From Vicugna vicugna (lineage: Eukaryota), in assembly GCA_013265495.1 (NCBI GenBank), contig MU058444.1, positions 2,046,001 through 2,110,000 of the forward strand: a stretch of DNA of 64,000 bases. The letters are read 5' to 3'. The notes under the pieces are model-generated. The model saw only the letters and a program-made list of their open reading frames with translations, searched no databases and had not been told where the DNA came from. Below are positions 38,803 to 52,350 of the stretch, piece after piece (position 1 is the stretch's first letter; every line of letters starts with the position of its first letter). The position numbers were made by a program, and so were the translations under genes.

Positions 38803-38929
38803 CTGATTTAACTGCGGCCAGGGCCTTTGCAGGGGTAGTCACAGCACTTATTAGGTTACATAGTGAGGTCCCACTGTGGCTGACTTTCTGGATCTCTGGT
38901 GTTTTTAAGCTCCACTTTTCTTGTAATTT
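38803..38929 (-). CDS. DST: Dystonin exon KLQEKWSL...AAVKS(G) (127 nt)
   Basis: ctcaag acceptor, CAG|gtatgt donor, phase 0-1. Confidence 0.92.
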
Positions 38930-39846
38930 CTTGAGATATAAAAACACATTATCTTTCAGTCTTTGTAACAGTTTCCAAGTTACACATTAGAATTCAGTTT
39001 CTTAAACATATCTTAAAACAGCGCTGATTGTGGGTCCTGACTGATGCGGGAGTGGATGGAAGAAAAGGGCACCATGCCCATTTGTTCCAACAGCCCAGGT
39101 GACTGTTAGCACTGTTGGCAGTGAGGAGCGGGGTGGGGGGGTCCATCCTGCATTCTGCTCCAGCCACAGTGGAAGCCAGGCTCGTCCCAGCAGCCATGAG
39201 TTCCAAAGTAACTGTCAACTGAAAGTCTGCAAGACCGTCCCAGGTGACAGCCAAGCTATTAAAAGAAACGGACTAGAAATAATTTTTAAAAAAAGAAAAT
39301 TCAGAATTCCACTTAATAATGAATTTTAACCATCAAAATTACAACAAATTTTAAAAAACACACAACTCCATCAATTCAGAGTGGAAAGGCTGCCATAACT
39401 GGTGTTAAGTCTTTGTGACTTGAGTCAGATGACAAAAGATTCGTCCACAATTTTACTAGAGATTCAAATAACTCTCATCTTCAAATCCTGGGTACAGTGT
39501 GATACATCCAAGCTGGAATAAAAGGCTCCACTGAAGAGAAGGATCTTTTTTAATACTATGAGAAACAGTATTAAAAAATAACTGAAACTAAGTAGAGATG
39601 TGGTAGGGGAAGAAACTTGGATGCCAGAACAATCAGCAATATAACTCTTTAAAAAAAAAAAAAAGCAAATTAACTGAAACTGTGTGTCCCTCCTCAAAAG
39701 GGTCAGTTAAGCCCGTGTCATGATTTCCATCTCCCACCAGAATACACTGATACATACATGAGGATTGAACATATGCAATATCAGATAAAAGGAAATCTCT
39801 CATTACTAACACAGGCAAACGAGGAACTGGCATGAGATACACTCAC

Positions 39847-40003
39847 CTTCGTTTCCTCCAAAGATTTCTCTAAATCCTCTGCCCCAAAAGATGGCTGCAC
39901 CATGGGAACGCTTTCTGTGGTTTCCTTTATCCAGGACTTCAATGATTTAACGAGGACTTGAAAGGTGTTCATCTGCTCTTGACAAGAAGACACAGCTTCT
40001 TTT
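39847..40003 (-). CDS. DST: Dystonin exon KEAVSSCQ...LEETK (157 nt)
   Basis: tctag acceptor, AAG|gtgagt donor, phase 2-0. Confidence 0.93.
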
Positions 40004-40407
40004 CTAGATCACAAAAATCATTGACGAAGTTAAGCCCCGAAAGGAGATACTGCAAAGGACTGACTACTAGTAAATAAACTATTATTATTCCCCTATTAGC
40101 CTTAATAGTACAAAAAAAAAATCTCCCCCATGCACACTGCCACCCTCGGATACAGGAGGAAAGCTTTCAACAGGTGGCAGGTGGAGTCAGCTCAGCAGCT
40201 CCCTGTCTACTCCTCAGGTAACGTCTGCAGGTAAAACTGCACGTGGGAAATCTATAACCCGTACGTAAAGGCACTCTGTAACACTACAGAAACCCTAAGG
40301 CCGCCGTATAAACAGTTTTAACATTATTTAGATTCAGTGAGCTTTGATCTGTCCAATTTACAGGATGCTTAATGCTTCACAGCAGGCACAGAACCAGGAG
40401 GGAAACA

Positions 40408-40443
40408 CAGCGCCACCTAGTGGTGTCTACACAACACTACAGG
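40408..40443 (-). promoter_or_regulatory. Putative CTCF site with upstream motif
   Basis: Minus strand reads TGTAGTGTT-GTGTAG-ACACCACTAGGTGGCGCTG. Confidence 0.62.
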
Positions 40444-41586
40444 CACTTTAGCGGATGGGTCAACAGGGTGCCTTGGAGAAGACAGGTGTTAAGTCTCCAA
40501 GAAGGAGGTGAGAGCTAGCGATGTGGGATCTGAATGGATGCCTCCCCCATGGATACTCAGAAAGCTAGCTCCACGGTGAACTATGCGGATCTCTCTGTAC
40601 GCTCAGCACCATGGAGGAAGGGCACACGCCCAGCACACGAACCGCTCTGAGAACAGTCAGGCGTGGTACCTGGCGGACACAGGTGGATGACCTGTGGATG
40701 GGGCACGACACGTGGATGGCACGTGCTAGTGTGTGGGATGTTGGCACCTGAGAGTCACTGAACTAAGCACTGATGGTGACTCTTCCCCAGGAAAACCAAG
40801 GACATCTCTTTCACACAATGTGAGCTAAGTACAATGGAAGCTCTGGCTCTGAGGGTGCAGACAACACCCAGAGATCCAGGCAGAGAATTCTGAAGAAACG
40901 AAGAATAGCAGAAAGACAAAGCACAAGTTTCTATCTCTTGGGGGCCTTCTTATAAACTTCAGCAAAACCAGATATACATTCTAAAAGCACATGAGGTCAG
41001 AAATGTAACAGCTCAGTCACCAGGCTCATGTCCCTGGATAGCTGTTTAGCTCAACTGAGGTTCATTCTCTTGTTTCTTATCTTGTTTGTTCATGGCATCA
41101 TGTCTTACCTACAACTCTTTCAAAAGTAAACTATTTTTTTTAAATGTTAAAAAAAAAAGAAAACTGTTTTACAAAAAAAAAGCCATCCAGAACTATACTG
41201 GAATCTTGCATTGTTTCTCAACTGAGCCCAGAAAACAACGAACCGCAGGCTATATTTCTGCCTTCGCAAATAAAAATGTAATTGCCAAAGGCTTCAGACC
41301 ACAGTGAGTTTAGATTAGTTTCAGGAAAACAATACGACAGCCACTGTTTAACATAATGCTTTCCATTTTCATGTAAGAAGTATTGAATTCCCTTCCTAAA
41401 TGTTTTAACAAAAATATACTTCATTTTAACAGCAAACAAATTATCAATATAAAAGCACTTATTAAGTAGCCCTAAGCTTATTCTCAAGTTTCAGAATTGC
41501 TTCCAGTATCTACAGAAGTAAACCCCAGTCACTCATGCTCATTAGCGTCAAGCAGAACACAATCCAGTTCCTTCAATGGTGCTTAC

Positions 41587-41753
41587 TTTTCTCTGACAGC
41601 GTCCTCCATTTCCTTGAATTTCTTTGACAGATTATTTGTTTTTTCAAAAACCAGAGCCTTATCGCCCGGCAAACCATGCCTGGAGATCTCCTTCAAGAGA
41701 TTCTGCAAAACTTCTAGATCTTTCTTACGTTCCAGCAACTCAGAAGCTGATTC
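41587..41753 (-). CDS. DST: Dystonin exon ESASELLE...DAVRE(K) (167 nt)
   Basis: ttgtag acceptor, AA|gtaagc donor, phase 0-2. Confidence 0.93.
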
Positions 41754-42226
41754 CTACAAAGCATGTAGATATTTCATTAATGCAGTATGTTGTGAGATCT
41801 TTAAATGGCATCGCGTGGAGATGTATGTCTGGGACCAGAGCAGTTCTACTCAGAGTTTCACAGAACGATCCTACCTGGGGTCCGTCCTTGAAATATAAAC
41901 AGGCAGGCTCTTTGAAAAAGAACACTGTAAACTTTACTAAATTTAAAAAAGCTCTCTTAACAATTCTGTCCCTTTGGGGATTCTGGCACGTGAGGGACGC
42001 ACATTATCTATGATTTGCAGAAAATGGGAGACGCTCATTTCTAACCAAGCTTTCAAGGAGAAGGTGGGCTTCGAAGTTTTTAAAGGAGGAAAGCAGAGAT
42101 CTTTATTATTTCATCAGCAATTAAAAAGATGCTTATTAATTATAATTCTGCCAATAAAAGCAAATATGAGCTTGTCTTAGCTGCTAATGTATCCGATCAG
42201 CCTTGCGAATCCCACGGAAGACATAC

Positions 42227-42544
42227 CTGCATATACTGGGACAATTCAGTTACGTCCTTCCCCGGCACGTCCGCCTCTGTGAGAGCCTGGGGTTTTGTTT
42301 CTAAGAACGTTTGGAGCTTTTCGGAGAGGTTCTCAAACAGCTCTACTTTGGTTTTCAGTTCCTCCATTTTGGCAAGCTTTTCTTTGTGTTTGTGACTTGC
42401 TTCTGAGAACCGACGGGACAAGTCCTTCATCCTGGCTTGGAGCGAGGACGCAGTGGACGGGTCTGCGGTCTCCGTGAACGTCTTCACTTTCTCATTCATG
42501 GCATTTATGCTGCTCTGCCGACCCGCTATGTCCTGCTCCAGCAT
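42227..42544 (-). CDS. DST: Dystonin exon MLEQDIAG...SQYMQ (318 nt)
   Basis: ttgcag acceptor, CAG|gtatgt donor. Confidence 0.95.
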
Positions 42545-43169
42545 CTGCAATGAACCAGACACCCAGCGCGTTTTATACCATAAAGAGGGTTTCAGATACC
42601 ATCACACCCAGAGTGTTAAAAATTACTCTTTGTAACCACAAAAGCTTGAAGCATCTGAGACTGAGGAAGCTAAGGGTTGGGACTGACCGACAAGGCTGAT
42701 CTGTCCCCAGAGGAATCCCATCCCCGGTCCCCGCAGGAGAGTGGGGACCAGCTGGCCCGCTGCCTGGGCGAGGCAGAAGGTGGCCGCCACGCAGCGACCC
42801 TGGGGATCTCCTGGGGCCCAGGGATTAGCCACGGTCCTGATTTTTAAAAGGCTGGACAACAAGAAGACTGATCTGATTAACGTCTGTGCAGCTGGCAGAA
42901 GCCACGTCGAACAAGACAGGAGGCAGTGAGCGGTGACACTGTCTGCGATGAGTGAATGATATTCATGAAAAGTACACGCAGGCCCTCCGGGTGCCTTCAT
43001 AGAAAATTGCTCCACACGCTCGGCCCTGGCCAAGCACCCCTTTCCATGCTGTTATATTCCGGAAACATCTCTTTACATCTTAAATTTAGCCTAAATTTAC
43101 CCAAAATTGGAGCTTATTAAGCTGGGTTTTTTTTCCCATCTGAAAGTTTTTTTTTTTTAAGTCACTTAC

Positions 43170-43378
43170 GATGTTTTTACTGATGATGTCCTGCAGAGCG
43201 GTGGAGTTCAGAGGCACCTGGCCCTGCTCCCCCAGGGAGCGCTCCACACCCCCCATCCAGTCCAGCATCTCGTCCAGGCCGTCCTGCACACTCAGGGAGC
43301 GCGTCAGGGTCATCTGCAGTTTTTCATTTCGTTCACCAACAGACTTGGCCAGGTCATCGTATCTGCCAACAATGTCAC
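43170..43378 (-). CDS. DST: Dystonin exon (G)DIVGRYD...ISKNI (209 nt)
   Basis: accag acceptor, ATC|gtaagt donor, phase 1-0. Confidence 0.94.
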
Positions 43379-43558
43379 CTGGTCCAAAAGGATGGGGGAT
43401 GTTAACATCGAGTCCTCCCTGCCCTGTTCCTTTCAAAACACGCTAATGGGAATCACAAAATTCCCAGGCTAAAAGTGGAAAAGAAAGAGCGTTTAAATGA
43501 TATGTGCATCATGCACCATCAGAGCACCACCAACACCTGAAAAAAGAAAGAAAGAAAA

Positions 43559-43690
43559 GGGGAAGAGGGTGTAGCTCAGTGGTAGAGCGTGTGCTTAGCA
43601 TGCATGAGGTCCTGGGTTCAACCCCCAGCACCTCCATTAAAGATAAATAAATGAACAAACATAATTATCTCCCCCCCAAAAAAAACAAAC
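43559..43690 (+). mobile_element. tRNA-derived SINE (Vic-1-like)
   Basis: Consensus head and tail. Confidence 0.87.
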
Positions 43691-45272
43691 AGAAAGAATT
43701 AAATGAAAATGTGCAAAATCATTAATAAGACAGCTCAAAAAAGTTTAACAGAAAGAAAAGATCCCAGTGGCAAATAAAAAGCTACAAATTTTCAACTAGT
43801 CAATACATATACATGTATCATCTGCATTTGAAAAAAAGATTTTTGGGTGCATGAATATTTGAATTGTCCCACAGAAATGAAAAGTGATCCAAACAGCCCA
43901 CCTCTAGAATAAATACTGGTTCTTAATCTGATATTTCAAATTAGCCACACTTGATAACTATATGGGAAAAAAAAAGGTGACTATTTCACACACAGCTATT
44001 CTCAAGGAACAATACACAGTTATAAAGATTTCTCAAGAATTAACCTTTACATATAAAAATTATCACACACACACACGTTTAAGTGTTTGTCATCCTTCAC
44101 ATCCTAAAGCAAAGTATTCAAATGCACAGAGGTTGGCAGAGGCAAATGCAGCACGGATGACAAGGAAAATTCATGTAAAATAAATAAAGTTGTGATTATG
44201 CTTCTAAAACAACACAAATAGAATTTATTTGATAAGTTTAAGAGCAAACAAAAGGAAAAAATAAAGTTGACAGGTTAACCTAGCTCTGATGAGATTGAAT
44301 TTACTTTCAATTCTAAAGACTGAAGATGCTAGAAACAAACAAAAAAACCCCAAAACAAACCAAACCAAACCAAAACAAAAACCTCTTTCTGGCTACTTTG
44401 CATTCATACATAAAACTCTGTATTTTAACATCCTACATTCTACACTGAAAACCAATGAGAAGTTCAAAGAACAATGGTTTTTAATGCATTCACCTCTCTC
44501 CCTCTCTCTAGAAATCAATCTATTTTTAATCAATTTATCACTTCTTGTCCAAGAATCTGAAAAGGATTTTCATTATTTCTGAATGTTTTTGTCTGCTACA
44601 CTGTATCATGTTTCAATGGAAGAAAACTTTGACCTGAAAGATCTCTCTAAAAAGGAAAAAGCTTACCTGCTTGTGTTTGGCCCACAGAACACAATCCATA
44701 TAAACAAATCATACTTCTTTTTGGCGGTTCTAACATTATATCATGAGAAAACAGTTTGACAACTTTTCACTGAAATGGGATTGTTAAGTGTGGGTGACTT
44801 AAAGGGACAATCACACTCCTATTGTGAAAACAATGAAGCCCCCCAGAATGCAGATGAGGGAAGAGACGGCGTTTAACAGGCACCAAGATGTGGAGGGCAG
44901 ACAAGTTGGGGGTCCAAGCAGGAGCCCTGACCCAAAAGCTGCAGAGCAGACAATCTGAACTGCAGGTGCTGATTGGCAGGTGAGCTGTTTCTCAAATGTG
45001 TGTCCACAGAGCAAGGCTGGTTATCCCTTGAGCCCTGGTGGGTGAGTTCCCAAGCAAAGTCAGCTATTTCAATAACATTAACGCACATGACACTGCCAGT
45101 CAACTATAATGTAATCAAAAAAAAATTTTTAATTAACACACTGTGAGTGTTGGCTTATTTTTGGACTTCTTAGTGTTAAAATACTGTCCCAGAGGTAAAT
45201 TCATAATTTCAGTCATCAAACATTCTTTTAGAAGAAGGTACAAACACAATTGACTATAAGAATGTTATTTTT

Positions 45273-45305
45273 ATCGCTTCTCGGCCTTTTGGCTAAGATC
45301 AAGTG
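45273..45305 (+). pseudogene. U2 snRNA 5' fragment (nt 1-33) retropseudogene
   Basis: ATCGCTTCTCGGCCTTTTGGCTAAGATCAAGTG is the U2 5' end. It is flanked by a perfect 15-bp direct repeat AAGAATGTTATTTTT (45258-45272 and 45306-45320). Confidence 0.92.
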
Positions 45306-45814
45306 AAGAATGTTATTTTTTTCAGTGGTTGCTTTTCTTAGACATCAAATAACCTCTTCTATATCCTAAACATACCTTCTCATCTTCCTAGAAAACTATG
45401 CCAGAGAGCATTTTAGTCTTCCAGTAATGCAACATATGGATTTTAAACAAATAAAAGTGACCCTGTGTACAATTAACAATGGGAACAAATGTCAAAACGC
45501 CTGTTCAGGTAACAGCATTCCACGTAATATAGTCTTTTTTCCTCCCCCAAGTCCTTGTGTAGCAATGGCTGCCAACACAAGATGTCAAGACTGAGATACA
45601 GGGACAAAATGAGATCTTCCACTCATATTTTTATTTCATACGCTTGTTTTTATATTTTTGTGTCTTATAATTATAATGCATATAACATAAGATAATAATA
45701 TGTATATATAATTTATAAATACATGTGCATCCATGAATATCTCTACACACATGGGTGCATGATCAAAAGACTCTGAATGTAAGAATGGAAAAAAGGTTCC
45801 CCTTGTGTGGAAGG

Positions 45815-45946
45815 GTTTATTTATTTTGGGGGGGAGATAATTGGGTTTATTCACTGAATTATGTTTTTAATAGAGGTACAGGGGATTGAACCCAGGACCT
45901 CGTGCATGCTGAGCACACGCCCTACCCCTGAGCTACAACCTTCCCC
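45815..45946 (-). mobile_element. tRNA-derived SINE (Vic-1-like)
   Basis: Reverse complement of the consensus. Confidence 0.85.
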
Positions 45947-46506
45947 ATGGTGGGGTCTCAGAGGAGCAAAGTTTCACTCTTCTCTTCATCTGAAATTTCC
46001 ACTCAGATTTTCATGCAAGCTCTCTTGGGGTGAAACATGTTACTTATCTGCTGTGTTAAGTTTTTCATTTCACGCGTAAACATGTGTAATAACCACAAAC
46101 CACACATTTATATATATATAGAAAGCAGCAAAGTCAAAACAAAAAAATATAATAATGAGCAACGTTAACTGGTACCCACCGTGCGCTTAGTTTAAACTAG
46201 ATACTGTGAGTAGATAAAAAAAATACATAAGGATAATATACAACGGCTGTTCTCTCAAGAAATGTACTCCACAGGGAAATAAAGAGTTTTTGCCTCATTT
46301 CCTAAATATAAAATTAGCACGTAAGAACCCTGCCCCCCAGACCCTCGTACACCTGCCCCGGAAGACGTGCGTGGCTTCTCCCAAGCCATCCTGCAGTGAA
46401 AGGACACGGCAACCCAGACTCCACTAGCGGTGTCTCCATATCCCTTAAAGACCCCCTCCACCCGGAACGTGCCTGTGAGGCCAGAAACGAGGAAGCGGAC
46501 ACTCAC

Positions 46507-46630
46507 CCAGCGTCTTCTGGATGTCGCTCTTGGCCGGCAGAAGAGAGCCCCTGGCGTCTAAGAGCACTTCAGCTGTTTTTTTCAGTTTCTCGACAGCAAC
46601 CTGCTGACTTGATATCTGTCCCTGCAGAGC
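46507..46630 (-). CDS. DST: Dystonin exon ALQGQISS...IQKTL(G) (124 nt)
   Basis: ctccag acceptor, CTGG|gtgagt donor, phase 0-1. Confidence 0.93.
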
Positions 46631-47604
46631 CTGGAGGGTGGAAGGCCTCAGTCAGACTCAGGAGGACTGAGAACCAGATTCCCGACATGGAAAACAAGAT
46701 TCACGGTGAGACAGTGAAACCGGGCAGAGCCAACTTGTCCTCGGTGGAAACTTACGCCGGAAGTTGTGGAACAAGGTCAGTGGTACAGTGGCAGCGGGGG
46801 GCACTCAAATGCAGCCCTGAAACCCACCCTCCGCGTACGGCCATAGTACTGAGCCTGATTCCCGCTCCTGCGACCTCTCCCCTCGGCCTGGGAGCCCGTC
46901 AGGCTTTGTGCAAGAGCCCCCCTCCCACCAGAACACAGGGACAGACACAAAACCAACAAGCAACCGAAGCCCTTCGGGGCCATTTCCGACTCAGGGTAAG
47001 GAGGTCATTCAGGGCTTTCATGTCGGTAGGTCCTGGCTCAGTGCGGAGTCGTATTTATTTCTGCCAATTCAACAGAAGGTGTAACAAATTCAGAAATGCA
47101 GGCAACGTTTTGTGAAAATACAAAAGTCCAAACAGACACCAACAGGCCTCCCTGGGGGTGCCCTGGCGAGGGGCCAGGAGAAAGCGTGGATTTGGGCAGA
47201 AGGGGAAAGAAAGGAATTGTCCCTGCAGGACGCACAGAAGGAAGAAAAACGGACACAGAACACAGAGGAGGCGGGAGGGTCTCCTGCAGGCTGTGTGTGT
47301 GTGTGACGAGGAAACAGTTACAGGACTGGAAAGGCCTCAGCGTCGGGCTGAGGGGTTCACGTCTCATCTGTCCACCACGGGGACGTGTTCAAGGCCCTGG
47401 GGGAGGGCTGGGCGTGCTCACTGTCCTGGGGGAAGGCGAAATCGGTCACGCTGTGAGGGGCGTAGTAAGTGGGGAAGAAATGAAGCAGAGACACCTGTTC
47501 AGGACAATTTCAGCAGCAAAAAAGTGTGGAGGGCCTGCTGAGCCAGGAAAGCAGACCCGGTCTGGGGCTGGGGAAGAGACCCCAGGACTTGATGACTGAC
47601 TACC

Positions 47605-47800
47605 TAGCACTGTGGTCGCCTCTAACAACAGGTGGCCTTCAAGTTTAAATGAACTGAAATCAAGTAAACCTAGACCCTCCGTTCCTCGGCTGGACGGGCC
47701 ACGGCTCCAGTGCTAAGCAGCCAGGTGTGACCCGTGGGTACCACGCTGGATGGAGCAGACTGTAGAACGTGTCCATCACTGCAGAACGTCCTGCCAGGCA
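47605..47800. mobile_element. MER33/MER3-like hAT-Charlie fossil
   Basis: ...GTTCCTCGG...CAGTGCT...GTGGGTACCAC...TAGAACGTGTCCATCACTGCAGAA resembles the recalled consensus. Confidence 0.6.
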
Positions 47801-49483
47801 CCCCCGCTTGAGAAGACAGCAACCAAGGGCGAGAGGCGACCAGAGGGAAGGAGGACCAAAGTTTTTGAGCCTTGGTAATTAGCCCAGTTTGTTTTGTTTT
47901 TGTTTGTTTTTTTTAAAAGTAGGAGCGAGTGGAGGAGCGAAGGAGAGTGTATTTAGGGACGATGACTTGAATGTGCTTTCAGGACCCTCACATGGAAAGA
48001 GCCAAGCTGGAAGGGGAGGTGACCCAGGACACGGGCGGGAACAGACAGAAAGCACTGAGGTCAAGACCCACGAAGATGCAGGGAGTACACAGACTCACGG
48101 AGGATGCTCATGTGTGAGTGACGTGGGGACGAGGGAGAGACGGAACCAATGAGGTTGAGGGGGATGGAAATGGGCCCGGGACGGGTCTGTCCCCGAAGCT
48201 TAAAGGAAGAGGGAAGGTGAAAAAGGTTGGCAGAGTCAGACGCTTCAGAGGGGATCGCGGAACCCTGACCTGCTTAGCGGAGGCCCCTGTGGCTCCATGA
48301 AGGTGCAGAGGCCCGGCCAGGATGCCGAGTCTAGCCCTGCATCCCCAACACCTCGGTCCACCCGGGCTGCCTGGCACTTCACCGGGGGTGCGTGAGCCCT
48401 CTCTAGCCTCACGTGCTATTTCAGGTTCAAAGTCCCACCTTTCCAACAGCAGATGGGCTCAGCCCTGGTGTGGGACCCCGTTTCCCAGGGCCCTTGAATG
48501 TTTCCACGTGGGAGTAAAGCTGACTCCAGCATCTCTTTCCCTTCATCACCACCCAGGTGGAACCTGGGGCTCTTCCCTCCTTCCCACACGCAAAGCAACC
48601 AGCGAGCCTGACCATCTCACCCACTTAATATCATCTCCTGTTCCATCAGGCTTGCGTTCTGTGTTTCCGGGTCACTGCAGGATAATCTCCCGCATGAATG
48701 GGAACGCACCCTAACCACGCTCTCTGCGCCCGGTCTCTCCCCTGCTGCGGCCCCCAGTGGGTTTTATGGAAGACGCACACCTGACCGTATCGCTTTCACA
48801 CCTTCCCACTGCTTCCTAACACAGGGGATCCTGCAGCCTGCCATCAGTGGTCCAACAAAATCCATCCCTAATTCTATCTTCAGTCTCCTCTTTCTGCACC
48901 TGCCAACGTGTGTGTGTCCGGAGGCCCAACAAACCATGACAGGACAGGATCCGCGACCTGAATCCCAGAGCCGACAGCTGTGCCAAGAGGCCCAGGACTC
49001 CGCCTCAGACTGATCAGTCTGGGGAATTCTCCCACAGGTTGAATTACTGTTAAGTATCAGAAATTCTTCAAGACAACAACGTTCCCCATAACCCACTGCA
49101 GTCTGAGCCACACGGACAGCTTACTCGCCTCGCACGGCTATTTAGGAAATGAAATAAACTTAGAGGCCCCTCCCCCAAAATATTTGTTTTTAGAACGCGA
49201 GTTCTCCGAGAGCAGAGAGAGGGTTTTAACATCTTCGCGTCTTCACAAAACCTAACAGTGGGCCTAGCATGTAAATGTCTCTGAACAAATAAATTTATGT
49301 TAACAAAAACATCCAGTTCCAGAGATGGCCCTACCATCCTAAAACTTAGAAATGGATTACAAAAACGTATCTTCTTCACTTCTTCTCTTCCTAATTATGT
49401 TCAAGAGAGCCAAGAGTTTTGAGTTCCTGAACTAATGGTACCAGGTTTTAATTCGGCTACAGTGGTGGTTTATAACATCACTT

Positions 49484-49577
49484 TGGGGGTGGAGGGTGTA
49501 GCTCAGTGGCAGAGTACACATGTTACACGCACAAGGTCCTGGGTTCAATCCCCAGTGCCTCCGCTGAGGAAAAAAAA
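49484..49577 (+). mobile_element. tRNA-derived SINE, short form
   Basis: GGAGGGTGTAGCTCAGTGG...GGTTCAATCCCCAG plus an A tail. Confidence 0.85.
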
Positions 49578-50178
49578 CTGTTCTTTGGAAAACATTAATA
49601 CCACTTTGGAACAAAACTGCAAATTAAAGTGCTCATCTATTATTTCAAATGTATTTCAATGAATTAAAACAGGAGAGAAGCATCTGAGGCAGGGAACACT
49701 GTAAGGCTGTGACCTGGTCTCCAGCCTGGGCCAGAAAAGGGTCAAGTCTCTAAAGCTGCGGGCACTCGTCCATCCCCTCCCGGAGGTCGGAGCAAGCCTG
49801 GAGCTGTCAGTCAGGGTGACCTGGCCAGTGCCCGGCTCTGAACCCAGGCTTCCAGACCGGGCCCAGGATTCTGCCTTTCTGTGCTTCGCGTGGAATGAAG
49901 GCTTCATTTTGTCCACTGGGTTCCCTGGAAGCAGATCTAGCGACTGTCATTACAGCCCAGTGGCATCAGACTGCTGACCACACCACCAACAGTTATTTGA
50001 ATAATAATGCTGGTGTCCATATGTCATTGGACAAAAATATTTCAAATGAAGCAACTGGGTGCCCCAACTCACATGCATCATACAGCAAGATCTAAGGAGA
50101 AGTGAGTGTCATAAATGTAGAAAAGACGGATTGTTCTGTAGTGGTCTTAAGTGTTTATATTATTGTTAAAGGAAAAAT

Positions 50179-50285
50179 GGGAGGGTAGAGCTCAGCGGTA
50201 GAGAGTGTGCTCAGGATGCACGAGGCCCTGGGTTCAATCCCCAGGACCTCCATTAAAAAATAAATAAAAAATAAAAATAAGCCTA
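50179..50285 (+). mobile_element. tRNA-derived SINE (Vic-1-like)
   Basis: Consensus head and A-rich tail. Confidence 0.85.
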
Positions 50286-51310
50286 GAATTAATCCATGCC
50301 TTTTTTTTTTCATTAAAAAGCCATAGCATTCATTTTGTTGGGTTTTGGGGTTTTTTTTTTTTTTTGCTTTAGTTACATTAAAATTACTTTTATACAGAGG
50401 GCAATCAGTTTTCTAATACAGATCTAACTGAAAATGCATTCTCTCTACTTAATCTACTTTCCTATACTAACAATACCTAACTTCCTAATTCAGTGTAACC
50501 TGGACCATCTTAACAATTATTTCCAGCTCCCTGCTTTTCCTGTTAAAATCGTGGCCTCGATGTCACAACATCTTCTCTGCCCGACAAGCACTGTCCTTGG
50601 ACAAGTCATCCAGGTGGGGCTGAAAACTTAATCAAGACAAGTCTGTTTCTGAGCTTGTGGGAAAGAGAGAAACAAACAAACAAAAACCCCTCAGGACTGA
50701 AAATGCACCCTCCCTGAAGGGAGGAGGCAATCCCGCAGGGGCAACATCACCACCTATGCGGGATGCTGACCCGGCCCCCTAGGACATCGCCCGGGCACCT
50801 CGTGTGGGGTTGGGTAAACCAGCCCAGGAAAACGACAGTGCCCTCCAACCCTCACCCAGCCCCCCTCCCTCCTCTCACCCAGTGATCCTCGCCCTTCCTC
50901 TGCTTGGCCTCAACCCGCCACATTTCACCCCAGAGTACAACTTAGCTTTCTTCCAGCCAGAACCCACTGGTCTCAGGCAATACCTAATATTAAGCTGAGT
51001 CAGTAGGGTACCTGTTTCCCTTATAAATAGCACAGGAATGATTTTTGACTCTGTAACCAACAGGTGCAACCAAATTCTGAGAAGCAGTAGTTTAACTGGC
51101 AATACAGTGTTTACTTTCTCTCTAGGGCAGCAACCAGCTACTGCTACCCACCTGATCAAAGGAAGCTTCCAAAGCCAAAATTATTGGCCAGGTGTAATAA
51201 GAATGAAATATGTCAAAATCTTCTCCCCTTACGTTAGGATTTTAAAATAAGCTTGAAATGCAAAGAACATGGCCTCTCTCCAAGGAATTTATTATCTCTG
51301 GGGAGATGTT

Positions 51311-51460
51311 CTTTTTTTTTTTAAGTGTGAGATAGTTGACATATAACGTTATGTTAGTTTCAGGTGTACAACATAATGATTTCACATTAATAGATTTTGC
51401 AAAATGATCACCAACAATGTCTTGTTAATATCTGTCACTATACATAGTTGCAAACTTTTT
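51311..51460 (-). mobile_element. Older LINE-1 3' end (L1MA-like)
   Basis: Poly-T followed by TTAGTTTCAGGTGTACAACATAATGATT...AATGATCACC. Confidence 0.7.
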
Positions 51461-51796
51461 TCTAGAACTTCCAAATGTAAAGATTAAATGTTGGAAAATA
51501 AGTGAGTTTACTGTAAATTAATTGAAAAAACTACTGAAATTCTAATTTTAAAAAATAAAAATAAGATAAGCTTGACATGTACAAAATGGACTAGACTCTC
51601 TCTCGGTGTGGGTGTGGCTGAGATCTGTACAGTTACAACATTCCCACATCGAGTCTGCACTCTCAAAAGGGCAGGTAGAGTCCTGGAGAAGTGGGTTAGG
51701 TGATCACTCAACTCTGTACGTCTGTGAATCGGGGCAGGCAGGGAATTCAACAGGAACTCACGCTGAGTGTGACAGGGGCACCCCCTCCGTCCCCTG

Positions 51797-51900
51797 TCCA
51801 TTCGTGAACAGACGTTCATCGAGGACCTAAGAGGCCCAGGCACTGTTCTAGGCCCTGGGGAGACAGCAGTGAACAAGCGATGAACAACATGAATCAGTCT
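51797..51900 (-). mobile_element. L2 3' end
   Basis: CCAGGCACTGTTCTAGGCCCTGGGGAGACAGCAGTGAACAAG. Confidence 0.65.
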
Positions 51901-52173
51901 AAAGACCATCAGTGGCCCAGACAGCGCTGGTCTCCGGGAAGGAGGAAGTGGTGGATACAAACCACAACAGCCACGTCCCACAAGCCAAACCACAGAGAAG
52001 AAATGATCTCATCGGAAAGAGAAGTGAACCGACGGTGGAGAACCAAGCAGTGTCCGCCCCGCACTCCAGGGAGACGGACACTCTTCCCTTCCCTTGGGGG
52101 AATAATCACAGAAGTGGGGAGACAGAAGGTTTCCAGTAGGACAACGGTGGGGTGGGGTGTCTCCTTTGCTTAC

Positions 52174-52350
52174 CTTGGTCTCTTCCAGTTGCCTCTGCAG
52201 GTTTTTAGGGTCCACAGCGATGGGCTCAGATAAGTGTTTGCTCGCTGCAGCCTCGCAGGCCTGGAGCCCGGAAAGAAGGCCACACGAAGCGTCTTCATAG
52301 TGTTGGTATTTGTCCACCAGATCTTTGAGGTTATTCCCAAGGACGTTGCA
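52174..52350 (-). CDS. DST: Dystonin exon CNVLGNNL...LEETK (177 nt)
   Basis: gtttag acceptor, AAG|gtaagc donor. Confidence 0.95.

Noticed and set aside
46396..47599. 239-aa and 167-aa plus-strand ORFs
   Set aside because: Non-ATG starts, partly antisense to a DST exon, and no protein-like features.
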